64,000 bases of DNA, taken from the NCBI GenBank assembly GCA_963664815.2, contig CAXXHB010000003.1, positions 2,304,001 to 2,368,000 of the forward strand, written 5' to 3'. Under the pieces are notes generated by a model. That model searched no databases. It saw only the letters and a list, made by a program, of their open reading frames with translations, and was not told the origin of the DNA. The translations under genes were made by a program, and so were the position numbers. This document shows, piece after piece, positions 39,268 to 49,193 of this stretch. The stretch is from Spirochaetota bacterium. GTDB taxonomy: Bacteria; Spirochaetota; UBA4802; UBA5550. Positions within the stretch are counted from its first letter, which is position 1; the number at the start of each line of letters is the position of its first letter.

Positions 39268-40080
39268 TTATTTCAGGTTCAGCGGAGGACGTTTATATCC
39301 CCTGTCGCTTTGTAGAATCATCATATTAATATTGCTTTTATCCAGATAATAGCTGTAAACCTTATCGATACCGTTTTTATCGCTTTTTTTAGCATAATAA
39401 CCGGCTTTTTTCTCTTCAATATCCTTCAATCTGAAATACTCGGGATTTTCTTCTTCAAACTTTCTCCTTTGTGCATCTGTCACTTTTTTTAATGCAAAAT
39501 TCTTTATTACATACTCCCTGTATGTTTTTTCAAAAGCATCTATTGCATTTTCCATATTGAACACAGTTACCGAATCCTCCCAGTGCCTCGGCATTAATAT
39601 GAAACCTCTGACAGGTGTTTCACCACTGTAAAATTCGGCAGGAGCCCATACATCGCCACCACGCCGTATAACTCCTCCGAGAATAACAACAGTTCCCCGC
39701 GGGACAGACATCACCGGCACCGTCGTTTTGATCATGTCGCTCCCTGTAATTTTAGTAAAGAAAGGTCTTTCTGCGGTAAGAGTATATGTAGCGCGGCTTT
39801 CACCTTTTACAATTGAACTAGAATAAGCCTCATGACCGTATATGTAGAAAGTTCTGATGTCAATCACATTACCCGCAGTTGAAATAATACGGCTGAAACC
39901 GCCTCCATTAAAAAAAAAGATCAGAAGCAAAACTACCCCTGCCGGAATACCGATTTTCAAAAACTGTACCAATCTGACTACAAACCTGGTAAACCAGTTT
40001 ACGCATTCCGGGCACTGCCTGTTATTAAAGAATCCTCCATCAAAATCGCTGTCACAGTTTGGACAAGTCCAAATGGTCAT
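39268..40080 (-). CDS. Zinc-ribbon single-pass membrane protein
   Basis: GGAGG RBS; CPNC..CPEC, TM segment, extracytoplasmic domain. Confidence 0.65.
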   Translation of the reverse strand: MTIWTCPNCDSDFDGGFFNNRQCPECVNWFTRFVVRLVQFLKIGIPAGVVLLLIFFFNGGGFSRIISTAGNVIDIRTFYIYGHEAYSSSIVKGESRATYTLTAERPFFTKITGSDMIKTTVPVMSVPRGTVVILGGVIRRGGDVWAPAEFYSGETPVRGFILMPRHWEDSVTVFNMENAIDAFEKTYREYVIKNFALKKVTDAQRRKFEEENPEYFRLKDIEEKKAGYYAKKSDKNGIDKVYSYYLDKSNINMMILQSDRGYKRPPLNLK

Positions 40081-40081
40081 T

Positions 40082-40807
40082 TTATACCTCCTGTATCGAT
40101 GCAATAATTACCGATATATTATCTTTACCACCCCCTGACTCAGCTGCAGAGACCAGTGCTTCCAGCGGACAGGGATTTGTTTTAAGTATATCTTCAATTT
40201 CATCAGTATGTACAATGTCATGCAGCCCGTCGCTTGAAAGTAAAATAATATCAGTTGATGATAGTCCCACATCTATCGGAGTAAACTCAAGAAACATTTT
40301 ACCACCTCCGCCGAATGAATTGGTTATTATATTTGACGGGGCATCGGGCATGCTCCCTGACTCCCTGAGAGAATGATCCATTGTCAGTCGTTTCAACAAT
40401 CCATGGCTGAAAAGCCAAAGTCTTGAATCACCCGCGTGAAAACGAAAAGCTTTACCCCGATAAAAAAGAATCCCAACCAATGTAGACCCGCTATTCTTTG
40501 GCACTTCCATGTGAGTTTCTTCGGCAAAAGTCCTGAAAACCTCAGCAATCTCATCGTCGGAAAGGTCACCCGGAATACCATGCATGAAATACAAGAGCCT
40601 TTCCAATACCATGGCGCTCGCTTCTTCGCCATTCTCAAGCCCCCCCATTCCATCAGCAACCGCAAGTACAAATGGTTTATCATTTTTATTAATAATTTCA
40701 GCTGAATATCTCCCGTCACGTAAAAGCTTATCGTCAACAAGTATCATATCTTCATTACTGGAGCGTACAAGACCGATATCACAGATTGCGGATACTGAAA
40801 TGCGCAT
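40082..40807 (-). CDS. PP2C-family Ser/Thr phosphatase
   Basis: GLVRSSNED, VADGMGG, HAGDSR, SSDGL, GGKDNIS. Confidence 0.93.
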   Translation of the reverse strand: MRISVSAICDIGLVRSSNEDMILVDDKLLRDGRYSAEIINKNDKPFVLAVADGMGGLENGEEASAMVLERLLYFMHGIPGDLSDDEIAEVFRTFAEETHMEVPKNSGSTLVGILFYRGKAFRFHAGDSRLWLFSHGLLKRLTMDHSLRESGSMPDAPSNIITNSFGGGGKMFLEFTPIDVGLSSTDIILLSSDGLHDIVHTDEIEDILKTNPCPLEALVSAAESGGGKDNISVIIASIQEV

Positions 40808-40809
40808 AA

Positions 40810-41382
40810 TCAGATTCTGGCAGTCGCGTTTTCAGATACTGCTATTTCTACACTAAAATCAATATCAGCTATTCTGAGGGTTGAACCGTTATTTACAGTA
40901 CCGGCTTTATTCGGGACAAGTTTAACCTTGTTAATATAAGTGCCATTGGTCGACCCTGTATCTGAAACAGTCCATATGCTGTCATTATATTCAATTTTAA
41001 TATGACTCCCGGACACCTGCGGAAACCGGCTGAATATTTCAGCAAACGGGCCTGATTTACGTCCAATAACATCTCCATGTGAAGGTGTTATATCTATTCC
41101 ATGCGTTTTACTGTAAAGCCTGAGCTTAAATGGCTGCAACTGCTTAGATTTATCTCCATGATCAGTAGTACCAGAAGATACTGCAGACATTTGCTGTACA
41201 GGAATTGTTTCCGTGCCAGTATTCACTTCATGACCAGGTTTAATCATCACCTGCCCGTCAAAGATACATCTTTTCCCCTTGCCCGGCCTTCCGCAGAGAG
41301 AACACAATAATATCTCTCCGCCACATTGGTCACAGTATATCGAATCATCATCTATTGTTTCCCTGCAATAAGGGCAGTTCAT
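40810..41382 (-). CDS. Zinc-ribbon plus FHA domain protein
   Basis: CPYC..CDQC..CSLC; FHA motifs IGR, VSGSH, GSTNGTYIN. Confidence 0.9.
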   Translation of the reverse strand: MNCPYCRETIDDDSIYCDQCGGEILLCSLCGRPGKGKRCIFDGQVMIKPGHEVNTGTETIPVQQMSAVSSGTTDHGDKSKQLQPFKLRLYSKTHGIDITPSHGDVIGRKSGPFAEIFSRFPQVSGSHIKIEYNDSIWTVSDTGSTNGTYINKVKLVPNKAGTVNNGSTLRIADIDFSVEIAVSENATARI

Positions 41383-41405
41383 AATATTCCTCCTATCCTG
41401 TTCAC

Positions 41406-43958
41406 CTATCCTGTCACAGTACGGTCAAGATCCTCGGTACGCATTATCCTGATCTCTCTTTTCAGAATCTCATCTTCCACTCCCCTGTCCTGCATCCCGA
41501 TTATGCGGCTGGAGAGTTTTTCTCTTGTCTTTTCAAAAACCTGCCGGACTGTCCTTGCATTAGCGAATGTAGCGCTTTTACCCGAATGAATCTCTTTCAT
41601 TCTTTCCCTGAGCGTTGCTTCAAATCCGTCAGCATATTCAATTTTTTTACTCTTTGCCATGGAATTGAATATTTCAACCATTTCATCCGGAGTGTAATCC
41701 TCGAATGTAATGAAATTAGTGAAACGCGATTTAAATCCGGAGTTTGATTCAATGAACTCATCCATCTCACTTTTATATCCGGCTGCGATACATACGAACT
41801 TACCCCTGTCATCCTCCAGACGCTTAACAAGGGTGTCAACAGCCTCTTTGCCATACTGGTCACCAGCCCCCTGATTCAGCGAATATGCCTCATCTATAAA
41901 AAGTATACCACCCATTGCGCTGTCACATGCGGAATTAACAAGGGGCGGAGTCTGCCCCATATGCGTACCTACAAGCTTCCCGCGGTCCACCTCAACCCGG
42001 TTGTTTGAAGGAAGCATTCCGATTCCCTTAAAAACATCTCCAAGAATACGGGCAACAGTAGTTTTACCGGTACCCGGATTCCCATAAAAAATAAAATGTT
42101 TGGAGACTGCATCCTCCTCCCCCGAAATTTTACCCGCACGGATTGTATTTATTATTGCATTCACTGCTTCTTTAACCGACGCAAGACCTGTAAGTTCATT
42201 AAGCTCTTTCAAGGCATCGTCAACGGTTACAGCCTTTGCCGATGTAGTAAGAGGTATATCTGCCGCAGTTATGGTAAGTATATCTTTTGTGTTATATGCT
42301 TTACCTTCATCTGCCGATTTAGCCAGGCGGTCTGACTGATTGCGCCTGGCATCTTCAAACAGATTGCGCGCTTCACGGCCATTGGCAAAATCTTTCGTTT
42401 TTCTTGAGCAGCGGTCTTTAAAAAATAAAAGAACATTTTCTGCCGCATTTTCTTCTACTATATATTTCTGCTGCCTGGCTTCAATTTTAAATATTTCAAC
42501 AAGTTCTTCCGGATTGTAATCTTCAAGATGAAAACGTTTATTAAACCTGCTTTTAAGACCATCATTCGCCGAGATAAATTTATCCATAGGCTCTTTATAT
42601 CCGGCGGCGACAACCACGAATTTATCTCTGTCGTCCTCCATACGCTTGAGCAGAGCCTCAATAGCCTCAACTCCGAAATCGTTTTCACCACCCTTGGCAA
42701 GGGTATATGCCTCATCGATGAATAACACCCCCCCCATTGCCTGATCACAGAGTGCATTAGTCTGCGGAGCTGTCTGTGCAATATAACCGGCCACCATTTT
42801 ACTCCGATCAACTTCTATTACATGTCCTGTTTCAAGTACGCCCAGCCCTTCAAGTATGCTTCCGAGAAGACGTGCTACCTTTGTTTTACCTGTACCAGGA
42901 TTACCTGTGATGGTAAAATGGTTTACCGGTTTTTTAATTTCTGTCCCGCTGGCTGCCATATCCTGAACATTTTTCATCTGATTAAACAGACTTCGTATCT
43001 CTGCTTTAATGTTTTCCATACCGATAACAGCATCAAGTTCGGCCATTATTTCATCAAGACTTCTCTTCTTTTCAACGGGAAGCGTTACATCCTCTTCAAT
43101 TATAATTTTATCCGCTACTTTCCTTTTAAAATAAGAGGACATAATTTCACGGGCCTCTTTCAACGCGAGGTAACCGTTATGAGCACTGATCTCTGAATCT
43201 GACCTCTTCAGATCTTTTATCAAATATCTGAATCTTTTATTGATCTGATCTTTTACATCTCCGGAAACAATAAGTCCCTGCCTGTCAAGCTCATGACAGA
43301 CAATATCAGAACACTGCGCCGGTGTGTAATCCGGGACAAAAAAGATATTCTGGAAACGACCTGTAATATTTTTATTCTCCGGTTTTTTTACAAATTCCCT
43401 GAACCCGAAAGGAAGCCCGGCAAGTATTACAACAGGATCATTTTCAGATGAATCTATCTGTGTTATAAGAGTTCCAAAGCCGGATGATGCCTTTCCATCT
43501 GAATCAACAAGTTTATGTGCGTTATCAATGAAGAGTACTCCCCCTTTTGCAGCATTAAATATTTTTACAAAGTCAGATGAACCCATTTTTTCGAGTGAAC
43601 TGCCATCCAATACTTCCGGCGTCTTTTTTGTTATCACTCCATAAGATTCAAGAATAGAGGTAATAAGATTTCCTGTAAGCGTTTTTGCAGTACCTGAATT
43701 TCCGATAATAATTGTATTGTACGGTATTCTGAAAGAAGCGCCATTTCTCTTCATACCATCAAGGACATCACTCAGTCCATTCAGTTCTCTTTTAATCTCA
43801 TCAAGACCTACCAGACCATCAAGCAATCCGGGTACACCTGAGGAAATTATGTTATCACCAGCAGCCTGCATCACCGATACAAGACCTTTTCCGCAGTATC
43901 TGCAGAATTTTGCCGTACCGCGGTTATCCTTGCCGCAGTTGCCGCATTTTATAGACAT
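41406..43958 (-). CDS. Zinc-ribbon plus triple AAA+ ATPase (CbbX/SpoVK/EccA clade)
   Basis: CGNC..CRYC; three modules: GNSGTAKT/FIDNA (degenerate), GNPGTGKT/FIDEAY twice, with AGY and GLKSRF/GFKSRF, ANGR/ANAR. Start placed after AGGAGG. Confidence 0.9.
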   Translation of the reverse strand: MSIKCGNCGKDNRGTAKFCRYCGKGLVSVMQAAGDNIISSGVPGLLDGLVGLDEIKRELNGLSDVLDGMKRNGASFRIPYNTIIIGNSGTAKTLTGNLITSILESYGVITKKTPEVLDGSSLEKMGSSDFVKIFNAAKGGVLFIDNAHKLVDSDGKASSGFGTLITQIDSSENDPVVILAGLPFGFREFVKKPENKNITGRFQNIFFVPDYTPAQCSDIVCHELDRQGLIVSGDVKDQINKRFRYLIKDLKRSDSEISAHNGYLALKEAREIMSSYFKRKVADKIIIEEDVTLPVEKKRSLDEIMAELDAVIGMENIKAEIRSLFNQMKNVQDMAASGTEIKKPVNHFTITGNPGTGKTKVARLLGSILEGLGVLETGHVIEVDRSKMVAGYIAQTAPQTNALCDQAMGGVLFIDEAYTLAKGGENDFGVEAIEALLKRMEDDRDKFVVVAAGYKEPMDKFISANDGLKSRFNKRFHLEDYNPEELVEIFKIEARQQKYIVEENAAENVLLFFKDRCSRKTKDFANGREARNLFEDARRNQSDRLAKSADEGKAYNTKDILTITAADIPLTTSAKAVTVDDALKELNELTGLASVKEAVNAIINTIRAGKISGEEDAVSKHFIFYGNPGTGKTTVARILGDVFKGIGMLPSNNRVEVDRGKLVGTHMGQTPPLVNSACDSAMGGILFIDEAYSLNQGAGDQYGKEAVDTLVKRLEDDRGKFVCIAAGYKSEMDEFIESNSGFKSRFTNFITFEDYTPDEMVEIFNSMAKSKKIEYADGFEATLRERMKEIHSGKSATFANARTVRQVFEKTREKLSSRIIGMQDRGVEDEILKREIRIMRTEDLDRTVTG

Positions 43959-43971
43959 ATCGGAATCCTCC

Positions 43972-45003
43972 TTAACTTGGCCCTTTAATATTAACATCAA
44001 TTGTGCCGCCAGTATACCAATAACCGCCAAGTTTCGGTTCATCACAGGCATTAGGTCCTTCCGGACAGAGATGTACAGTATTTGTAAAATTGCAAAGCCA
44101 GCCTGTTACTTCCGGAGGCTTCATCGCCATATGATAACGCCGTGCCTCCTGCTGAGTGGTAAACTTTTTATTTCTGAATTTAAGCATTGCTTCATTAGCC
44201 GCCTTCTCCGCAGCGCTTTTTTTCTTCTCAAGTTCGGCTTTCTTCATCATTAACGCGTCAAATTCAGCATCTTTTACTGCACGTATTCGTTGCTCTTCCA
44301 ACTGTTCGTTACGTGCAGCTTCCTCTTCTTTAATTTTTTCGGCCTTTGCTATTGTCTTCTCAGACCCCAGAATTTCCTTAATCTGTGCATCTGAAAAAAA
44401 GGATGGTTTCACCGGTGACACCGCTGCAATTGAAGGAGATTGTCCCTCTTTATTTTTTCCCGCTTCTTCAATAAGACGTTCAATTTCCGACAGTTCTCTT
44501 TCAAGAGAAATTGATTCCCGTACTGTCTCTATAAAATTTTTTGCTTCTGGATCTTTCTGCGCAGCAACTGCTGCTGAACGCGCGTATTCTGTCAGAGGTT
44601 TATTACATTTTGAACAGAAATCAAATATGCTCTTTGTGCCGCAGGAGGGACATACTATACCATTTTTATCATTACCGCATTCCGGGCAAAACGAAGCATC
44701 ATCAGGAATTTCAGCATAACAGAATTTACATCTGCCGTCAAGAAGCCATTCTCCGCAGAATGTACAGATATCTGCTCCCGGATTAACCGGTTTACCACAA
44801 TGAGGACAAAAAAGCGGTGCATTCAACATCGAGCCGCATTCCAGACAGTACTCAGCTTCAGGAGGATTCACGGTACCACATGAAACGCATTTTATTCCAT
44901 CTTCAACAGACTGCTGATTGGATATCTCTTTTTGGAAAGCCTCTTCATGCTGTTGTTTTGCAAATGAAGACTGCTTCTCTTTGCCCTGATAATTACCGGT
45001 CAT
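43972..45003 (-). CDS. Multi zinc-ribbon (double zinc ribbon) coiled-coil protein
   Basis: Eight CxxC motifs, a coiled coil, and a C-terminal C/H-rich motif WLCNF...HLCPEGPNAC. Confidence 0.8.
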   Translation of the reverse strand: MTGNYQGKEKQSSFAKQQHEEAFQKEISNQQSVEDGIKCVSCGTVNPPEAEYCLECGSMLNAPLFCPHCGKPVNPGADICTFCGEWLLDGRCKFCYAEIPDDASFCPECGNDKNGIVCPSCGTKSIFDFCSKCNKPLTEYARSAAVAAQKDPEAKNFIETVRESISLERELSEIERLIEEAGKNKEGQSPSIAAVSPVKPSFFSDAQIKEILGSEKTIAKAEKIKEEEAARNEQLEEQRIRAVKDAEFDALMMKKAELEKKKSAAEKAANEAMLKFRNKKFTTQQEARRYHMAMKPPEVTGWLCNFTNTVHLCPEGPNACDEPKLGGYWYTGGTIDVNIKGPS

Positions 45004-45456
45004 TTTATGATACCTTTTATAAATATACTATGCTGATCTATTTTTTACCAGATATTAGTGTTGCCATTCTCTTTCATATTAAAACAAACCGCTCTATGAT
45101 ATGTTCCGACATAACATGGTCAAGCTTTTTACATATATTTATATATATAAATGTTTATTTTAAAACCTCTGATTGATACAATAATACAATGTGGGCATTC
45201 TGATAAAAGAGGTTTAATAAACTGAATCATACATTTGATAACTATTACTGAATTCGTATTAATAAGTTATAACACTATTTACTCAGATGATGTCAGTATT
45301 TAATTATTTCAACCTCTATACTGCACTTTATCAGGAATTTTTTGATTTTTCCGTAAATCAATATATGCTTGTTTTTTTTACTGTATTAATATTATTAGAT
45401 ATTTAAAATTTTTTACTTTTATTTGCTGATTAAAATTCAATAAAGAGGAATTTGCT

Positions 45457-46884
45457 ATGGACGATCTTTTCCCAGATAACGAATTACTTTCACTGCTGAA
45501 CAGCGTAATAAACGGAGATCAGTCATCCGGTAAAAGCCAACCTCAGCGTTTTATTCCTGACAACAAGCCATCACAGATACATAACCTTGATATTCTTCGA
45601 ACTTCTGTTTTTACAGACGACGATCTGGAATCCTTCACCCGTGCCCATGATAAAACTGCAGCCGAAATCGGCAAAATCATCGGCGGGATGGTTGTCACTG
45701 CAGACTTTTCAGGAGCGATTCTTACAGGAGAATTTCTGCGCAGCGTGCCTGCCGATTCTTTGACATATATTCTCGCTTTTCAATCCGGCCGTTATGACGG
45801 TTTTATTGAAACTGACCAACCACTGTGTGAATTTTTAAACGATGAAATTGTAAATGAAATAGTTTCAGTTATAAATCAATTCCCTGTAATAAATATGGAA
45901 CTGAATTGTACTCTGTCAGGGAAAACAGAGGGTCCTTTTCTCCAGAACCATGACAAAACAGTATTCTGTAAAATGTCAGCAAAATACGGTGATAAAGTCT
46001 TCGGCATAAATATCGGCTACGATATAAACCTGGCTGCAAAAATGCTGAATATTTCCCTGCCTCATGATATTCCGCTAAGTAGAGATACTTTCTATATCGG
46101 TTCCGCAGGAATATCAAAAATTTTACAGCTTATTCCCGGGAAAAGTATATCTTTGCCTGAAATCTGCCCGACTGTGTATCACACCCGTATAGAAAATACG
46201 GAAAAAAACATGGATTACACAACACTTAGTACAGATCCCTTTATGGAAAACATAAGGTTTCCTCTGACCGTTTCTTTCAGTCATTCTGTTTCAGATATTT
46301 ATATGACTGAAGGGGAACCAGCAAAACTCTATGCTGGTTCCAACCTGATTGCTTCAGTTGTAATCCGAAAAAAAAACGGCCTTCTCACAGCATCTGTAAC
46401 AGATCAAAATATAGACCACGAATACGATAATGCCGGGCAAAACACACTGATCCCTGTTTATGCGGAGTTAGGGAGATGCATATATACTGATGAATCGTTT
46501 TCTATCGGACAGATTCTCCATCTTTACAACGATCGTTTCCCGCATATCAGGCTTTATGCAGGATCAAATCTCTATATGGGGGAATGTGAGGCCATATCCT
46601 GTGACAGCAGTTTCGCAGCAAGAATACTTGATACCTCACCGATAGAACAAAATCCCTCTGAAAGAGGAAACCTCCGTTTTGTTCTTGCAGTAAGAAATTT
46701 TCCTTTACAGGATATATCATCCATTGAAAAGTACGACAACCTTATCTTTAACGGACCTTTTACCGGAGATATTCTGATTTATAATGGTAATCGTCAGGTC
46801 GCCTGGGGGCAGATATCCGAACAAAACAATGATTATTGCATACGTGTTATTTCAATTCCTGAAGACAAGGGTGATCATTTATGA
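45457..46884 (+). CDS. Divergent FliM-FliN-like protein with several SpoA (FliM/N C-terminal)-like domains
   Basis: N-terminus LFPDNELLSLL, IHNLDILRTSVF, EFLRSVP resemble FliM; IPVYAELGR..IGQILHL and ILIYNGNRQVAWGQI..YCIRVISI resemble FliN/SpoA. Confidence 0.6.
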   Translation: MDDLFPDNELLSLLNSVINGDQSSGKSQPQRFIPDNKPSQIHNLDILRTSVFTDDDLESFTRAHDKTAAEIGKIIGGMVVTADFSGAILTGEFLRSVPADSLTYILAFQSGRYDGFIETDQPLCEFLNDEIVNEIVSVINQFPVINMELNCTLSGKTEGPFLQNHDKTVFCKMSAKYGDKVFGINIGYDINLAAKMLNISLPHDIPLSRDTFYIGSAGISKILQLIPGKSISLPEICPTVYHTRIENTEKNMDYTTLSTDPFMENIRFPLTVSFSHSVSDIYMTEGEPAKLYAGSNLIASVVIRKKNGLLTASVTDQNIDHEYDNAGQNTLIPVYAELGRCIYTDESFSIGQILHLYNDRFPHIRLYAGSNLYMGECEAISCDSSFAARILDTSPIEQNPSERGNLRFVLAVRNFPLQDISSIEKYDNLIFNGPFTGDILIYNGNRQVAWGQISEQNNDYCIRVISIPEDKGDHL

Positions 46885-47240
46885 CAGAGTCATTTCATGT
46901 AGGTTATCGTGCAGAAAATGACACCAGCGGATCAAGATTTTATCTTCTTTTCTGTAAAGCTCTTGAACTGAAAGATATACCACCGGCTGAAGATAACGAT
47001 CCCGATTTCTGGCATACAATCTCCCTTATCGGAGTTATAGCCTGGAACCTTAGCTTTGAACCTGAAACCGGAGAAAATCTGATTCAGCACATGGAAAAGG
47101 AATATGACATGTCCCTCCCCCCTTCATTTCATAAAATCATGACCACTATGATCGAAGACAGAAGAGCAGCTTTTCCGGATGAAAGTTGTCTGATAAAAAA
47201 GTGCCGTTTTGAATGGCCTGATATGATCGTGGAGTATTAG
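46881..47240 (+). CDS. Hypothetical protein
   Basis: ATGA overlap with the upstream gene. Confidence 0.6.
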   Translation: MTESFHVGYRAENDTSGSRFYLLFCKALELKDIPPAEDNDPDFWHTISLIGVIAWNLSFEPETGENLIQHMEKEYDMSLPPSFHKIMTTMIEDRRAAFPDESCLIKKCRFEWPDMIVEY

Positions 47241-47270
47241 TCATTTTGATTATTTGCCGTATATTCTGAA

Positions 47271-48050
47271 TCACCTGTCAAGCATCTCCTTTGTATGGGC
47301 AATCAGTTCAACTCCTCCGACAGCTCCATGCCCGGGGACAACTATTTCATAGCCAGTTGTATCTATGCGTCTTATAGTTTTCTTCCATTCATCAACATTA
47401 CCATCACTGACATTTCCATTCCCCTTTGCATTTCCGGGGAGAATTGCACAACCGCCGAAAATCAGCTTTTTCTCCGGAAGGAAGACAAAAAGATTATCCA
47501 CCGAATGCCCTGCACCGAGGAATCTGATTTCAGCCCTCTCTTTCCCGAAATTTAATGTTAATCCTTTTTTTGAATCGAATATTTTTGTCGGATATACATA
47601 TTTAAAGTTATGATAATACATCTTCATTGATTCATCAGTAACCCACGATTCAGTCAGCTTAATTGAATCTTCACCCCTGGTTTTTATTGCAGCAGGTGTA
47701 AGCTCCGAACTGTAAACGGGTATATTCCTTTTAACAAGAGCCGCGTTTCCTCCAAGCCGGTCAACATGGAAATGTGTATTAATCGCTATAATCTTTCTTT
47801 TACCGAACATCTTATCAATCCACTCTAAAACCGCCCCGGCAGCTTCAGGAGTATATGGAGTATCAATTATAAGAATATCAGAATTCTCCATAACTGCAAC
47901 CAGAGAATTTGAGGGCCATGGATACATATGAACAATGCAGAAAAGATCAGGCGCTAACCGGTTGATGGTTACATCTTTTTTTAAATCATTCGGAAATGAG
48001 GCAGTTACTGAAAACAGAAGAAGAATAAATGTTAAACATATTTTTTTCAT
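47271..48050 (-). CDS. Subclass B1 metallo-beta-lactamase, SPM-1/SPS-1-like
   Basis: Signal peptide; THFHVDRLGG, GAGHSVDN, FGGC, VPGHG give the full B1 zinc-ligand set. Confidence 0.85.
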   Translation of the reverse strand: MKKICLTFILLLFSVTASFPNDLKKDVTINRLAPDLFCIVHMYPWPSNSLVAVMENSDILIIDTPYTPEAAGAVLEWIDKMFGKRKIIAINTHFHVDRLGGNAALVKRNIPVYSSELTPAAIKTRGEDSIKLTESWVTDESMKMYYHNFKYVYPTKIFDSKKGLTLNFGKERAEIRFLGAGHSVDNLFVFLPEKKLIFGGCAILPGNAKGNGNVSDGNVDEWKKTIRRIDTTGYEIVVPGHGAVGGVELIAHTKEMLDR

Positions 48051-48081
48051 ATAATATTCATTAAATATTTTTAATAACAGA

Positions 48082-49143
48082 CTAACTGAATTCCCTTTTC
48101 ATTACCTCTAGCAGCCGTTTCATATCATCATTCCTGCCGATCGTTATTCTTACAAAATCGGTTATACCTGGATGATTAAAAAAACGTACAAGTATCCCAG
48201 CTGATTTAAGAGTATTGTAAACGGTGATGCCGTCAGTTCCGTTTTTTCTTGCAAAGACAAAATTCGACAGTGATGGCAAAACTTCCCATCCCGCCTCACG
48301 AAGCCCGCTGGCAAAGACCTCGCGGGTCTCCTGTATCATTGAATTGATTTCCCTGTAATACTCACTCTCTTTACATGCTGCGATTCCAATACTCTGAGTC
48401 AATGTATCCACCGGGAAATGATTAAACGAGTTTTTTGTTGTGAAAACAGCATCTGTCAGTTCGGGATTTGCAATCATATAACCGAGACGTGACCCTGCGA
48501 AGCAGAAACCTTTTGAGAATGTTCTTATAATAACCAGGTTTTTGTACTCCCTTAGAAGAGGTACGGCAGACTCACCGCCGAAATCAATATAGGCTTCATC
48601 AACAACCACCACACGATCGGATGAATACTGCTCCATAATGTAACGTATTTCCGTCACAGGCATATATATCCCCGTGGGAGCATTTGGATTTGCAAAAATT
48701 ATACCCGAGCTTTTACCGTTCAACAGCGCATCACTGTCTATTGAAAAATCACCTTTCAGAGGAATTCTTCTGAAAGGTATTCCATAGTATCCTGCATATA
48801 CCGGATAGAAACTATATGTATGTTCAGGGAAATAAAGCGGCGCATCATTATCAAAAAAAGTATAAAAAACAAAAGAGAGAACTTCATCTGAGCCGTTACC
48901 TGCAAAGATCATATCCGGCGTTACATCGTCTCCATACATTGATGCTATTGCTTCACGCAGTTCACGTGCGTCAGGATCAGGATAAAGGCGCAGCTTTGAA
49001 TGATCAAACTCTTTCAAAGCTCTATTCACTTCAGGTGATGGCAGATATGGATTTTCATTTGCATTGAGTTTTATATATAACCTGTCAGATGGCTGTTCAC
49101 CCGGTACATAAGGTTTTAATTCTGAAAAGCGTTTAGAAAACAT
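48082..49143 (-). CDS. hisC: Histidinol-phosphate aminotransferase
   Basis: PYVPGEQ, KLNANENPY, GNGSDE, NPNAPTG, DEAY, RTFSK. Confidence 0.93.
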   Translation of the reverse strand: MFSKRFSELKPYVPGEQPSDRLYIKLNANENPYLPSPEVNRALKEFDHSKLRLYPDPDARELREAIASMYGDDVTPDMIFAGNGSDEVLSFVFYTFFDNDAPLYFPEHTYSFYPVYAGYYGIPFRRIPLKGDFSIDSDALLNGKSSGIIFANPNAPTGIYMPVTEIRYIMEQYSSDRVVVVDEAYIDFGGESAVPLLREYKNLVIIRTFSKGFCFAGSRLGYMIANPELTDAVFTTKNSFNHFPVDTLTQSIGIAACKESEYYREINSMIQETREVFASGLREAGWEVLPSLSNFVFARKNGTDGITVYNTLKSAGILVRFFNHPGITDFVRITIGRNDDMKRLLEVMKREFS

Positions 49144-49193
49144 GAATAAACTCCGGGGATTAAATTTATTTGTACTGAATCCATTTTATTTAT

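Noticed and set aside
33951-45003. Type VI or type VII secretion locus, or TerY-P triad
   Set aside because: No Hcp/VgrG/TssBC, FtsK-type EccC/WXG100, vWA or Ter genes recognisable.
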